NCBI GenBank assembly: GCA_947166165.1
Contig: CAMVDK010000001.1
Span: forward strand, 1 to 50,992
Direction: 5' to 3'
Length of the DNA: 50,992 nt
Source: an uncultured Porphyromonadaceae bacterium
GTDB taxonomy: Bacteria > Bacteroidota > Bacteroidia > Bacteroidales > Muribaculaceae
Part shown: in pieces, positions 37,150 through 45,899 of the stretch
Position numbering within the stretch: the first letter of the stretch is position 1
Layout of the letters: every line of letters starts with the position of its first letter
Notes under the pieces: model-generated
Told to the model about the DNA's origin: nothing
Seen by the model: only the letters and a program-made list of their open reading frames with translations
The model's database searches: none
Program-made: the position numbers and the translations under genes

Positions 37150-40100
37150 TTATTTGCGATTGCTGACGCCCACGATTCCGGAGTCCTTGAACATGCCGTC
37201 GTGAATCTGCGGGGCGGTGGGGTCGGCTTCGGTGGCTGGTGTGACCTCGGGTTCGGGCTTTTTCTCGGCGATGTCGGCTCCGCTCACGTGGCAACTGATG
37301 GGCGAGGGGTCCTCGTTGTAGTCGAACATGTAGGCCGATTTCTTGGGCTTGAAATCGCCGTTTCCTGCCGTGTCGCTCGACTTTTCGCCCTTGTAAATGC
37401 GCCGTGCGATGATGGCCTTCTCTTTGTCGAAGATGAACGACGGCCCGTTGACGAGTTCGTTGTCGGCTGCACTTGCCATTTGCTCGTTCATGGAGAAGTG
37501 CAGGTATTTGCATCTCAGTCGGCGGTATTCGGCATCGTATTTTGGCACGCAGAAGTGCCGTCCGGTGGACATGACTTTGCCTTTGAGCGACTCGTAGAAG
37601 CTCTGCAGATCGTTTGGAATCGTAGAGAACTGCGGCGGGATTTCGTCGAACGCTTGGGCGGCCTTCATGCAGGCCCACTGCTGCATGAGTTTCAGCGGCA
37701 GATTGCTGTAGCCGGGGGCGGCATACTTGTAGAGACCGATGTTCTCACGCTCCCAGTTGCCGAAAATCTTGGTTTTGTTGATGATGATGGTTTCGCCCCG
37801 GTCGATGACCTCTTGTTTGGCCCGTCCGTTCCAGGTTTTTTCCTCGGTGGGGGCGGTGTGGTCGCCAATCCATCCCAGCGCATTCATGCTGTCGACGTTC
37901 ACTGGCAGCAGCAGCGTGCTGGTGCTGGTCTTGTCGGCGCATGGGTAGTAATTGTAAAAGACCACATCCTTCCTGATGGGCTCGACCAGGAAAGGCTTCT
38001 TCTCTTCGGTGAAGAGGTCGCCGATGGCCTTGCAGGTGTCGAGCGACTTGTCGAGCGACTGCTTCATGTCGTCGAGCAGGTCGCTCACGCCTTCGTTGAT
38101 GTCGCCTATGACGGTTGCGTTCGGGTCGTTGATGCGTTGCTTGATGTGCTCAATGGCGTGGCCGATGCCCTCGCCCATTTTCTTGCACGATTCGCCTGCC
38201 TTCATGGCTCCCTTGATGGTGTCGACAGTGTCGGAAACGGCCTCTTTGCCCTTTTTGAAGAGGTCGACCACGTCGCTTGCCGAATCGATGTCGTCGGCTT
38301 GATCGATGAACTCCGACACATTCTCGTAGGCCGATTTTCCCGACTTGTAGGTGCCCATGACTTCTTTGACCCCCTCGGCGATTTCCCGGGAGTCGCCGAG
38401 CAGATTTTTGAGTAAATGCCCGCCGGAGTCGCCGCCTTTTGCGTCTCCATCTTTAGCGACGTCGCTTTTAGAGCCACCGGCGTTCTTGATATCGTCGGGC
38501 ACTTCGTCGTTGGTCTGGATGAGCATGTCGCAGAGGCGGTGTGCGGCCGTGTTGCTGTGGTCGATGATGCCTTTCGCGCTGTCGTAGGTCTTCACGGTCG
38601 CGGCCAGTGCGGAGGGAATGCCCACCAGCGCCCCGGCAACCGATGTGGATGCTTCGATTCCCTCGACAACGTCCTTGACCGACTCTACCATTGTCATGGC
38701 CGATTTCACGGCCTTGTAGGTTTCGGTGCCGATTTCGACGGCCAGTTTGATTTTCTCGACCATGTTGGCCAGCACCTCACCGCTGTTGGCCGTGGCTTCG
38801 CAGTTGATGATCTTGAAATTGTCGAGACCGAAACCACAACCACCACCGATGTCGGCATGGCACCCGGGCATGAATATCTCGGTGCCGTTGCCCAGTGAGT
38901 TCTGTATGTCGACCAGCGAGAAGTTGACGCGGTTCTCGTCGAGAGCGCACAGATGCAGCACGGCGTCGGCCTTTTCGGTGGCATACAGTCCGAAGTCGTC
39001 CACATTGCAGTCGTGGTAGATGGACTTTTTCCACTTCTTGAACTCGTCTTCGTCTTTCAACTTGATGGTTTCGGAAACGACGATGTTGAGCGGGTCTCGG
39101 AGCACCCCGATCGAAGCCACGGTGTCGAAGATGCCCAATGTGCGCACGTTCTTGTCGATGATTTTGGAGTTTGAGTCCTCTTTGTGCACGGGAAGGAACT
39201 TGGCGCTGCCGGTGATCATCTCGAAGTCGGCTTTGCTGATTTGGTAGGCCTGGTCGGGATTGATGGCATAGGTGAGCACGCGTGCCGAGGTGGCGCCACG
39301 GCTGAACCCGTAGATGTCGAAGTGGACGTGGATTTCTTCGACACCCGCCTGCGTCTGGTACTTCTCGCAGATGGTTTTGATTCTGCCTGCTATTCGGCGG
39401 CATTTTGCTGTCACGCCGGTGCCTCCGGCGCCGAATCCCAGCCCCCACACTTCGCTTTTCATTTCGCCTAGCCGGCCGGTGGTGGTCATGACCGTGTCCG
39501 ACCCGCTGCCTTCGATGTAGAGCTGATGATGGAACTCCCGCTTGTCGCCGTCTTGCTGCTCGTCTTGCTTGGTCGAAGTTTTGTAGATGCTGCTCAGAAT
39601 GGCGGGGTTGGTGTAGTTGGCTCCTTGTGCGAACGAGAACATGCCGCTTTTACGTCCAGGCATGAGACTCTGTTCGAAGAATCCCCGTTTCTGGGTGGGG
39701 TCGGCCATCTGGTCGAGCCGCTTGCTTAATTCACCTTTGCCGATTTTCTTGAAAAAGCCGTCGCTTTCTTGTATCCGGGTGTCCTGCGAGAGCGACGACC
39801 AGTTGTAGTCGTCGTTGTCGGCCACGGTGGTCTTGTCGAACGAAGCGTCGGCCGTCGTGGCAGAGCCGTAGATCCGGTCAAGCTCCGAGACGGTGAAAAT
39901 CTTCTTCTCGTCGCCGGTCATGAGGTCGCCCGCCTGGTTGCGGTCGAGCGTGAGGAAAGCCTCGAAGCTGTTGATGCCGTGCTTCTTCAAGTCCTTGGCG
40001 TGTTTTTTGTAGATTTGTTCCCTCCGATAGAATTGCCCCATCATCGACTGCACTTTGTTGTTGTTGGTGCCGTCGAAGAAGATGCCAAAATACAGGTCGA

Positions 40101-40167
40101 TGGTTATCGACTGGCGCTTGTCTTGCTCCGAGGTATTGGGGACGTTGGCGTCGATGACGTTTGCCAT
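37150..40167 (-). CDS. T6SS phospholipase effector, Tle1/DUF2235 family
   Basis: GIFFDGTNNN, YIEGSG, GFSRGATSAR (GxSxG), LGIFDTVAS, DENRVNF, PGCHADIGGG; follows vgrG and the PAAR-like gene. Confidence 0.88.
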   Translation of the reverse strand: MANVIDANVPNTSEQDKRQSITIDLYFGIFFDGTNNNKVQSMMGQFYRREQIYKKHAKDLKKHGINSFEAFLTLDRNQAGDLMTGDEKKIFTVSELDRIYGSATTADASFDKTTVADNDDYNWSSLSQDTRIQESDGFFKKIGKGELSKRLDQMADPTQKRGFFEQSLMPGRKSGMFSFAQGANYTNPAILSSIYKTSTKQDEQQDGDKREFHHQLYIEGSGSDTVMTTTGRLGEMKSEVWGLGFGAGGTGVTAKCRRIAGRIKTICEKYQTQAGVEEIHVHFDIYGFSRGATSARVLTYAINPDQAYQISKADFEMITGSAKFLPVHKEDSNSKIIDKNVRTLGIFDTVASIGVLRDPLNIVVSETIKLKDEDEFKKWKKSIYHDCNVDDFGLYATEKADAVLHLCALDENRVNFSLVDIQNSLGNGTEIFMPGCHADIGGGCGFGLDNFKIINCEATANSGEVLANMVEKIKLAVEIGTETYKAVKSAMTMVESVKDVVEGIEASTSVAGALVGIPSALAATVKTYDSAKGIIDHSNTAAHRLCDMLIQTNDEVPDDIKNAGGSKSDVAKDGDAKGGDSGGHLLKNLLGDSREIAEGVKEVMGTYKSGKSAYENVSEFIDQADDIDSASDVVDLFKKGKEAVSDTVDTIKGAMKAGESCKKMGEGIGHAIEHIKQRINDPNATVIGDINEGVSDLLDDMKQSLDKSLDTCKAIGDLFTEEKKPFLVEPIRKDVVFYNYYPCADKTSTSTLLLPVNVDSMNALGWIGDHTAPTEEKTWNGRAKQEVIDRGETIIINKTKIFGNWERENIGLYKYAAPGYSNLPLKLMQQWACMKAAQAFDEIPPQFSTIPNDLQSFYESLKGKVMSTGRHFCVPKYDAEYRRLRCKYLHFSMNEQMASAADNELVNGPSFIFDKEKAIIARRIYKGEKSSDTAGNGDFKPKKSAYMFDYNEDPSPISCHVSGADIAEKKPEPEVTPATEADPTAPQIHDGMFKDSGIVGVSNRK

Positions 40168-40209
40168 GGCGGTGAATGGTGTTTGTGGCAGGCGGCGATT
40201 GTGGGGGTG

Positions 40210-40638
40210 TTATTTGTTGAATCGCTGCTTGCTCTCTTTGTTCACATACTGCGTGCCTTCGGCCACTTGGCCGTCTTGCTCGATGGTGATCACTCCGCCC
40301 CACTGGCACATGCATTTGCAACTCTTGAGTAGCGCGGGGGCGTTCTGCACCAGATAGTCGGTTTTGCCGGGAATCCAAGGGCCGGTGGTGCCCGGAATGC
40401 AGGGCATGGGCGTGAGGGTGCCCATGGCTTCGGAGGTGGCCGTGCCGGTGGGCGGGTAGGTCACCGTTTGGCAAGGGCCGAAACTGGGGATGTTGGCGAG
40501 GGGCTGGTAGTCCATGATGTTGGCCATCAGTTGTCCTGCCAGCCACACGGTGCGGTCGGGGAGCACCACAAGCCGGGCGGGCATCGACCCGAAGGTGCAC
40601 TTCATCACAGCACCGGCACAAACGTAAGAGTCAGGCAT
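40210..40638 (-). CDS. PAAR-like spike-tip protein (DUF4280)
   Basis: YVCAGAVMKCTFG, NIPSFGPC, PCIP...W, SCKCMCQWGGVITIEQDGQ. Confidence 0.9.
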   Translation of the reverse strand: MPDSYVCAGAVMKCTFGSMPARLVVLPDRTVWLAGQLMANIMDYQPLANIPSFGPCQTVTYPPTGTATSEAMGTLTPMPCIPGTTGPWIPGKTDYLVQNAPALLKSCKCMCQWGGVITIEQDGQVAEGTQYVNKESKQRFNK

Positions 40639-40683
40639 ACGAATAGGGTTGAATTGCGGCCACCAAGCGGCCTTCTTTATGCA

Positions 40684-42699
40684 TTAGTTCACCTTCACCA
40701 TGGCGGCCTTGATGTCGATTTTGCTGCCGGCGTTGAGGGCCATGTCGTTCTGGGCCTTGGCGTGGTGGGTGGTGGAGTATTCCATGAGTTTCTGCTGCGC
40801 CTCGACGCGGATGTCCTCGGCGGTGACCTGCAGTTTGTGCTTGACCTGCTCGTCCTTGTTGTCGTCGACCTTGACAAACTGGTTCTCGGTCACGGTGAGC
40901 GAGTCGTTGCGGTCGATGCTCGTGGAGCGGTCGTGGCCGGCGTGCTCGCGGATGTCGTTGTCGGCGGTGCGCTGCATGTCGTGGCTGGCGGCGATGAAGA
41001 TGTCGTTGTCGGCGCTGGCGTTGATGTCGTGGCCGGCGTGCATGATGATGTCGTGCTTGGCATAGAGCTCGATGTTGCCCGTCGACTCGAGTTTGATGAG
41101 TTTCTTGTCGGTGGAGAAGGTGAGGATGTAGTTCTCCTTGCCGTGGTCGTAGATGCGGATGTATCCGCCCTGCCCCTGATCCCAGATTTCGACGGTGTGT
41201 CCGTTGCGCGTGCGAATGGCCTTGACCTGGTTGTCGCCGGGCAGCCAGGCGCTGTCGGGGTTGCCGGGGCCGTTGTATAGGGTGCCGCTCACGTAGGGCC
41301 GCTCGGCGTTGCCGCCCTCGAAGTCGACCATCACCTCCTCGCCGATTTCGGGGATGAAACTGAAGCCCTTGCCTCCGCCGGCATAGGGCTGGGCGATGCG
41401 CAGCCAGGGCGTCTGCATGTTGCCGTCTTGCTGGGCCTGCCAGTCGAACTGCACGCGCACACGTCCGAGCGAGTTGGGGTCTTCGTTGTCGGTGACGCGA
41501 GCGCGGCACGAGGGTGCCACGGCATAGACGTCGGTGTTGCTGTACGGGGGCCAGTCGCACTTGCTGGGGATGCCGGTGAAGGCGTTGCTGTACACGCGAC
41601 TGTCGTCGAAGTTGTGCACCAGCGCAGTGATGAGGATTTCGTCCTGCTGCACCTCGCTGTGCCCCGAGAGCGAGTAGTCGGTGATGTAGTTGTCGCGCAC
41701 CACGAGAATGCCGCCCAGGCGCAGGTGCGAACTGTAGGTGTTGCCGGAGTAGGTCACCATGCCGGCTTTCTCGCCGCGTGCCTGCGTCTTGGTGGAGATG
41801 TCGAGGATGGTCTTGCGCCCGTCGTCGTCGGCATAGCCTCCCGACTGCAGGTGCTGCACGGTGACCTTCGACATGCGCTGCTGCGAGGCCTCGAAGGTGC
41901 GGTCGCTCAGGCTGTTGTAGGAGCGCTGCATCTCGGGCAGCCCTTCGCGCAACTCGCTGTCGAAGGCGTTGTAGGACGAGGCCACGTGCTGGAACTCGAC
42001 GTGCTCCATGCGCAACTCCACGTGGTAACTGGGAATGTCCTGGCCGGGGTAGGTGAGCATGACCTGGTCTTGCTCCACGAGATTGCCGAACACCAGTTGC
42101 CGCCCGTCGTGGTAGAACCACTCGCCGTAGCGCTGCGCCAGCCGGCGCAGGAACTGATAGTTGGTCTCGTTATACTGCACACAGTAGGGAATCACCTCGG
42201 TGTAGTGCGGGTTGACGGTGGTCTCCATTTCGCCGGCGTAGTCGCTCAGCACGTCGTCGACGATGTCTTTGAGCGTCATCATTTCAAACGACTTGCAGGT
42301 GGGGTTGTCGTTGAGTAGCGCGTCGTGGCTGTGCGCCTGGATGCTGATGTTGAACTCAGTGCCCGAGCGGCTGCCGGTGGCCGAGAGGATGATGCCCTTG
42401 AACTCGACCTCGGCGGTCTTGTCGCCGCTGGAGCCCAGCGACTCCTGCTCGATGTTCTCGGTCTCGAGCGAGAGGGTGATGTCCTTGCCGATGATTTGTC
42501 CGCACACGTCGAACTGCACCTCCTGCATATGCTCTTCGGGACCTCGGTGCAGCAGCATGGAGAGCGCCGAAGGTTGCAGCAGTTGCTCGGTGAGCGAGAA
42601 ACTCTCCATGTGGTAGGGGATGCCGCCTATTTCGATGTCGAACTCGTGCGACTGTGTGCCGTCGATCGACACCTTGATGCTCTTGATGGAAATTGACAC
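40684..42699 (-). CDS. vgrG: T6SS spike protein VgrG (TssI)
   Basis: YCVQYNETNYQFLRRLAQRYGEWFYHDG, DNEDPNSLGRVRVQFDW, TPWLRIAQPYAGGGKGFSFIPEIGEEVMVDFEGGNAERPYV, C-terminal beta-helix repeats; GTG start. Confidence 0.95.
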   Translation of the reverse strand: MSISIKSIKVSIDGTQSHEFDIEIGGIPYHMESFSLTEQLLQPSALSMLLHRGPEEHMQEVQFDVCGQIIGKDITLSLETENIEQESLGSSGDKTAEVEFKGIILSATGSRSGTEFNISIQAHSHDALLNDNPTCKSFEMMTLKDIVDDVLSDYAGEMETTVNPHYTEVIPYCVQYNETNYQFLRRLAQRYGEWFYHDGRQLVFGNLVEQDQVMLTYPGQDIPSYHVELRMEHVEFQHVASSYNAFDSELREGLPEMQRSYNSLSDRTFEASQQRMSKVTVQHLQSGGYADDDGRKTILDISTKTQARGEKAGMVTYSGNTYSSHLRLGGILVVRDNYITDYSLSGHSEVQQDEILITALVHNFDDSRVYSNAFTGIPSKCDWPPYSNTDVYAVAPSCRARVTDNEDPNSLGRVRVQFDWQAQQDGNMQTPWLRIAQPYAGGGKGFSFIPEIGEEVMVDFEGGNAERPYVSGTLYNGPGNPDSAWLPGDNQVKAIRTRNGHTVEIWDQGQGGYIRIYDHGKENYILTFSTDKKLIKLESTGNIELYAKHDIIMHAGHDINASADNDIFIAASHDMQRTADNDIREHAGHDRSTSIDRNDSLTVTENQFVKVDDNKDEQVKHKLQVTAEDIRVEAQQKLMEYSTTHHAKAQNDMALNAGSKIDIKAAMVKVN

Positions 42700-42800
42700 G
42701 ACGGGTTAGTTGATGGTTGATAAATGATGGTTCATGTAGCCGGGAGCCAGTCAGCGCGGGTGGGCCTGTCGCCGCCGTAGCGGCTCTCGCGTCAAGCGTC

Positions 42801-43262
42801 TCAGAAGAATCTCTCCTCCACCCACTTCTCGAAGTTGAAGTCAGTGGCCTGCCGCTCGTCCCACTCGTTGAAGAAGATGGCGCTGTCGTTGGCGCCGATG
42901 CGTATGCCCTGGGCGCTGATGGTGAGCGTGGTGTACATCAAGCGGCTGTCGTTGTCGTTGAAGTAGTCCTTGAGCTGGATGCAGTAGGCGTTGGTGAAGG
43001 CCACGGTGCGGTAACTGCGCTTGTTGTTGTTGCTGAACACCACGAAGCGGAACACGCCGGAGTGGACACCGGTTTTGTTGAACATCCACTTGTGGAAGAA
43101 GAGGTCGTCGTCGTTGGTCGACGGGATGACGAAGGTGATGCGTCCGCCCTGCGGGCGCGAGGTGGGCTTGCCGGTGTCGTCGACTTGCTGGCTGAACTCG
43201 TAGGAGCACTCCACCACGCCGTAGGTGCGGCCGGCTATTTTCAGTTTTCCTTGCAGTGCCAT
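42801..43262 (-). CDS. tssD: T6SS-iii tube protein TssD/Hcp, copy 2
   Basis: YGVVECSYEFSQQVDDTGKPTSRPQGGRI...FHKWM...FTNAYCIQLKDYF...LTISA. Confidence 0.9.
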   Translation of the reverse strand: MALQGKLKIAGRTYGVVECSYEFSQQVDDTGKPTSRPQGGRITFVIPSTNDDDLFFHKWMFNKTGVHSGVFRFVVFSNNNKRSYRTVAFTNAYCIQLKDYFNDNDSRLMYTTLTISAQGIRIGANDSAIFFNEWDERQATDFNFEKWVEERFF

Positions 43263-43346
43263 GATGGGAAGGGGGATTAGACGTTAGCGGTTCGGTGCGC
43301 TGGCGCGCCTTGAGTGGCGGTGCCAGCATGGTTCATGGCCCTCAGG

Positions 43347-43374
43347 GGCACCGCAGCGCGGCGGCTGCGGTGCC
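43347..43374. other. GC-rich hairpin between the two tssD genes
   Basis: GGCACCGCAGC-gcggcg-GCTGCGGTGCC, extendable by the flanking TCAGG/CCTGA. Confidence 0.6.
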
Positions 43375-43423
43375 TTCCTGACGGCTCATGGGGTGAGGGT
43401 GTTGTGCCACAGGGCCACTGGAA

Positions 43424-43831
43424 TCAGTTGTCGATGGTCCAGCGGTTGTTGTGACGGGCGTTGCCGATGGAAATCTCCTTGGCCGAGATGGTGAACTCCT
43501 CGTACTGCTGAGTCTCGTTCTTGTTGTCGTAGGTCTCGGCATACTCCACGAGGTAGCCCTCCTTGAAACTAAGTTTCTTCATCTCGCCGCCCTGGCGGTT
43601 GGGATAACTGATGCTGCCGCTCTTGCTCATGTAGGTGTCGATCATCCACTCGAGGATGTCGGTGTTGCCATCGTCGTTGGATTTCACCTTCACATAGATC
43701 TTGCCGCCGCGAGTGGTGCCGGTGGGCTGTCCCTCGACGTCGGTCTGCTGGTTGAGTTCGTAGCGAACGTACATCACTTCGCGTTCGGCGATGCCGTCGG
43801 CGTTCAAAGTCACGGTTCTTGTAGAAGCCAT
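43424..43831 (-). CDS. tssD: T6SS-iii tube protein TssD/Hcp, copy 1
   Basis: YELNQQTDVEGQPTGTTRGGKI...ILEWM...KSGSI...KKLSFKEGYLVEYAETY...FTISAKEISIG; directly follows tssC. Confidence 0.9.
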   Translation of the reverse strand: MASTRTVTLNADGIAEREVMYVRYELNQQTDVEGQPTGTTRGGKIYVKVKSNDDGNTDILEWMIDTYMSKSGSISYPNRQGGEMKKLSFKEGYLVEYAETYDNKNETQQYEEFTISAKEISIGNARHNNRWTIDN

Positions 43832-43905
43832 AATGATAGATGATTAAATGGGGGAAAGGAATTGATTTTATAAAACAAACACGATGATTGTCGGTTCAAG
43901 GCGCG

Positions 43906-45300
43906 TCAGTCGCGGTTGGACACCTTGGGGTCGTCCCAGTTGGTGCCGGCGTCGCCCTTGTGGCCGGTGAGCTCGATGAGGAAGTTCTTGGCGGCGAAGA
44001 AGGGCTTGAGGTCGACCTGGATGTTGATGTCCTTGGTCTTGGGGTCCTGGTCGATTTTGATGAGTTTGTAGTTCTCGATGAGTTTGCCCGGGCCCTTGTA
44101 GTCGCTCAGGAAGTTGTGCACGGCCTCGGTGAGCTCGGCGCGCACCTGCGAGTCCCAGTTGGTGAAGGCCTCGTCGTTGAAGAAGTTCTGGAACACCTTG
44201 CCAATCCAGTCGAACACGCGCACGATGGGGTACTCCTGTAGTCCGAGCGTGGCGCCGTTGTAGAGCGAGCGGTTGCTGAAGGCCATCACGCGTCCGTCTT
44301 CCTCGACCATGGGCACCACGCCGAGGTCGATGAGCGCTGCGATTTCGCCCTTGCGCAACTTCATGCGTGCGCCCTTGGCGTTGTCGAGGGTGCCGTATTT
44401 CTTGCCGGCGGCACCCTGTGCGATGACCACCTCGTCGGTGTTGGTCATGCGTCCGGCCAGGGCGGCCGAGCCGGGAATGTAGAGGTTCTCGTCTTCTTCG
44501 GCCACCTCCGAGCGCTTGCGCCCGAGCAGGTAGTTGCAGGTCATCACCACATTGGCCATGTAGGCGTCCTGGCTCTGCATGTTGGCGTCGTCGAGGGTGT
44601 CCTTCAGGGTCTCGAAGTCGGGCATGTCGCTGAAGTCGGTCACCATGATCACCTTGTTGTTGTAGGCGGTCTTGCCCCACATGCGAATGGTGTCGGCCTC
44701 GCCGATGCTGCCAGGCATGACGAGCAGGCTGTAGTTGTTCTTCAGACTCAGGCGGTCGTAGTATTCCTCCAGTTCGTAGCGGATGGCCTTGGTGTCGTCG
44801 GAGTCGTGGGTGGCGAGTTCGCTCTTGTCGACGTTCATCAGCGTGAGGCAGTCCACCTTGCCCTGTCCGGCGTTGGCGAAGAAGGAGTCGAGCGAGCGGT
44901 AGGTGATTTCGAGGTCGCGGATCTCGTCGCGCAGGGTGAAGAGGTTCTGCTGGATGTTGGCCTCGGCCTTGGCGCACTTCTCCTTACACTGCTCGATGAC
45001 CTGCTGTGTGTCGCTTTGCTCGTTCTCGAGAATTTCGATCCACAACTCGAGTTCGTTGCGCAGTTTCTGGCGAGCATCGGCGAAGGTGGAGTCGTTGAGG
45101 AAGATGTTCTTGGCCGCTTTCTTTCGCGGGTCCATCTTGTCGACGCCACCAATCAGGTTCTTCACCATGGTGAAGCCGCCGAATTTCTTCAGGCCGTCGA
45201 TGCTGTCCTGCAGCACGGCGGCGGGGTTTTCGATTTTCGCCCGTTCGCGAAGCTCAACGGCCTCGCCCTGGGGCTGTTTTTGCATGTCTTCTGCTGCCAT
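43906..45300 (-). CDS. tssC: T6SS-iii sheath large subunit TssC (DUF5458)
   Basis: MDPRKKAAKNIFL, LEITYRSLDSFFAN, YDRLSLKNNYSLLVMPG, NVVMTCNYLLGR, MAFSNRSLYNGATLGLQEYPIVRVFDW, PFFAAKNFLIELTG. Confidence 0.92.
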   Translation of the reverse strand: MAAEDMQKQPQGEAVELRERAKIENPAAVLQDSIDGLKKFGGFTMVKNLIGGVDKMDPRKKAAKNIFLNDSTFADARQKLRNELELWIEILENEQSDTQQVIEQCKEKCAKAEANIQQNLFTLRDEIRDLEITYRSLDSFFANAGQGKVDCLTLMNVDKSELATHDSDDTKAIRYELEEYYDRLSLKNNYSLLVMPGSIGEADTIRMWGKTAYNNKVIMVTDFSDMPDFETLKDTLDDANMQSQDAYMANVVMTCNYLLGRKRSEVAEEDENLYIPGSAALAGRMTNTDEVVIAQGAAGKKYGTLDNAKGARMKLRKGEIAALIDLGVVPMVEEDGRVMAFSNRSLYNGATLGLQEYPIVRVFDWIGKVFQNFFNDEAFTNWDSQVRAELTEAVHNFLSDYKGPGKLIENYKLIKIDQDPKTKDINIQVDLKPFFAAKNFLIELTGHKGDAGTNWDDPKVSNRD

Positions 45301-45370
45301 ATCGTTTTTCTGTTTTTTTAGTTTTCGGTTTTGGGTGATGGGTAGTCCGGCGTTGTGGCGCCGGTGGGTG

Positions 45371-45826
45371 TCAGTCGGCCTGTTCGAGCTCGGCGAGCAG
45401 GGCCTTGAGCGCGTTGGCGAGTTGGCCGCGCGCGGCGGCGTCTTTGAGCGCGTTGCGCAGGGTCTTGTTCTTCTCGAGCTGGCGCACCACGGCGTTGTAG
45501 GCGTTGATTTTGGCCTGCTCGCCGCTGAGCTGCTCGCTTTGGGCGATCAGGGCGTCGTCGTCGAAGTCTTTGAGCGAGCGGAAGTCGAAGTCCTCGCTCA
45601 CCGTGCCGCCTTCCTCGGTGTCGAGCTCCACGCCCTCCACGCGGGGCTGGAAGTGCTCAAACACATCGTTCATGCTCTTGGCCTTGAAGGGTTCGCGGTC
45701 TTCTTCGCTGGTGGGGGCATCGCTGGTGAACTGGTCCACGTAGAGCGTGCGGTTCTGGGGGAACTCGATGATGCCGTCTTGTGCCTCGGCATCGAGCACC
45801 TTGGTGATGACTGTTTTTCTTGCCAT
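45371..45826 (-). CDS. tssB: T6SS-iii sheath small subunit TssB
   Basis: IEFPQNRTLYVDQFTSDAP, VFEHFQPRV...FDFRSLKDF; directly upstream of tssC. Confidence 0.85.
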   Translation of the reverse strand: MARKTVITKVLDAEAQDGIIEFPQNRTLYVDQFTSDAPTSEEDREPFKAKSMNDVFEHFQPRVEGVELDTEEGGTVSEDFDFRSLKDFDDDALIAQSEQLSGEQAKINAYNAVVRQLEKNKTLRNALKDAAARGQLANALKALLAELEQAD

Positions 45827-45899
45827 AGTTGTTGGGGATTATTGAATTTGATGTTTTGTTATTCTTGCTTGTTCGGGCGGTGGCTGTGCCGCTCGTGGT

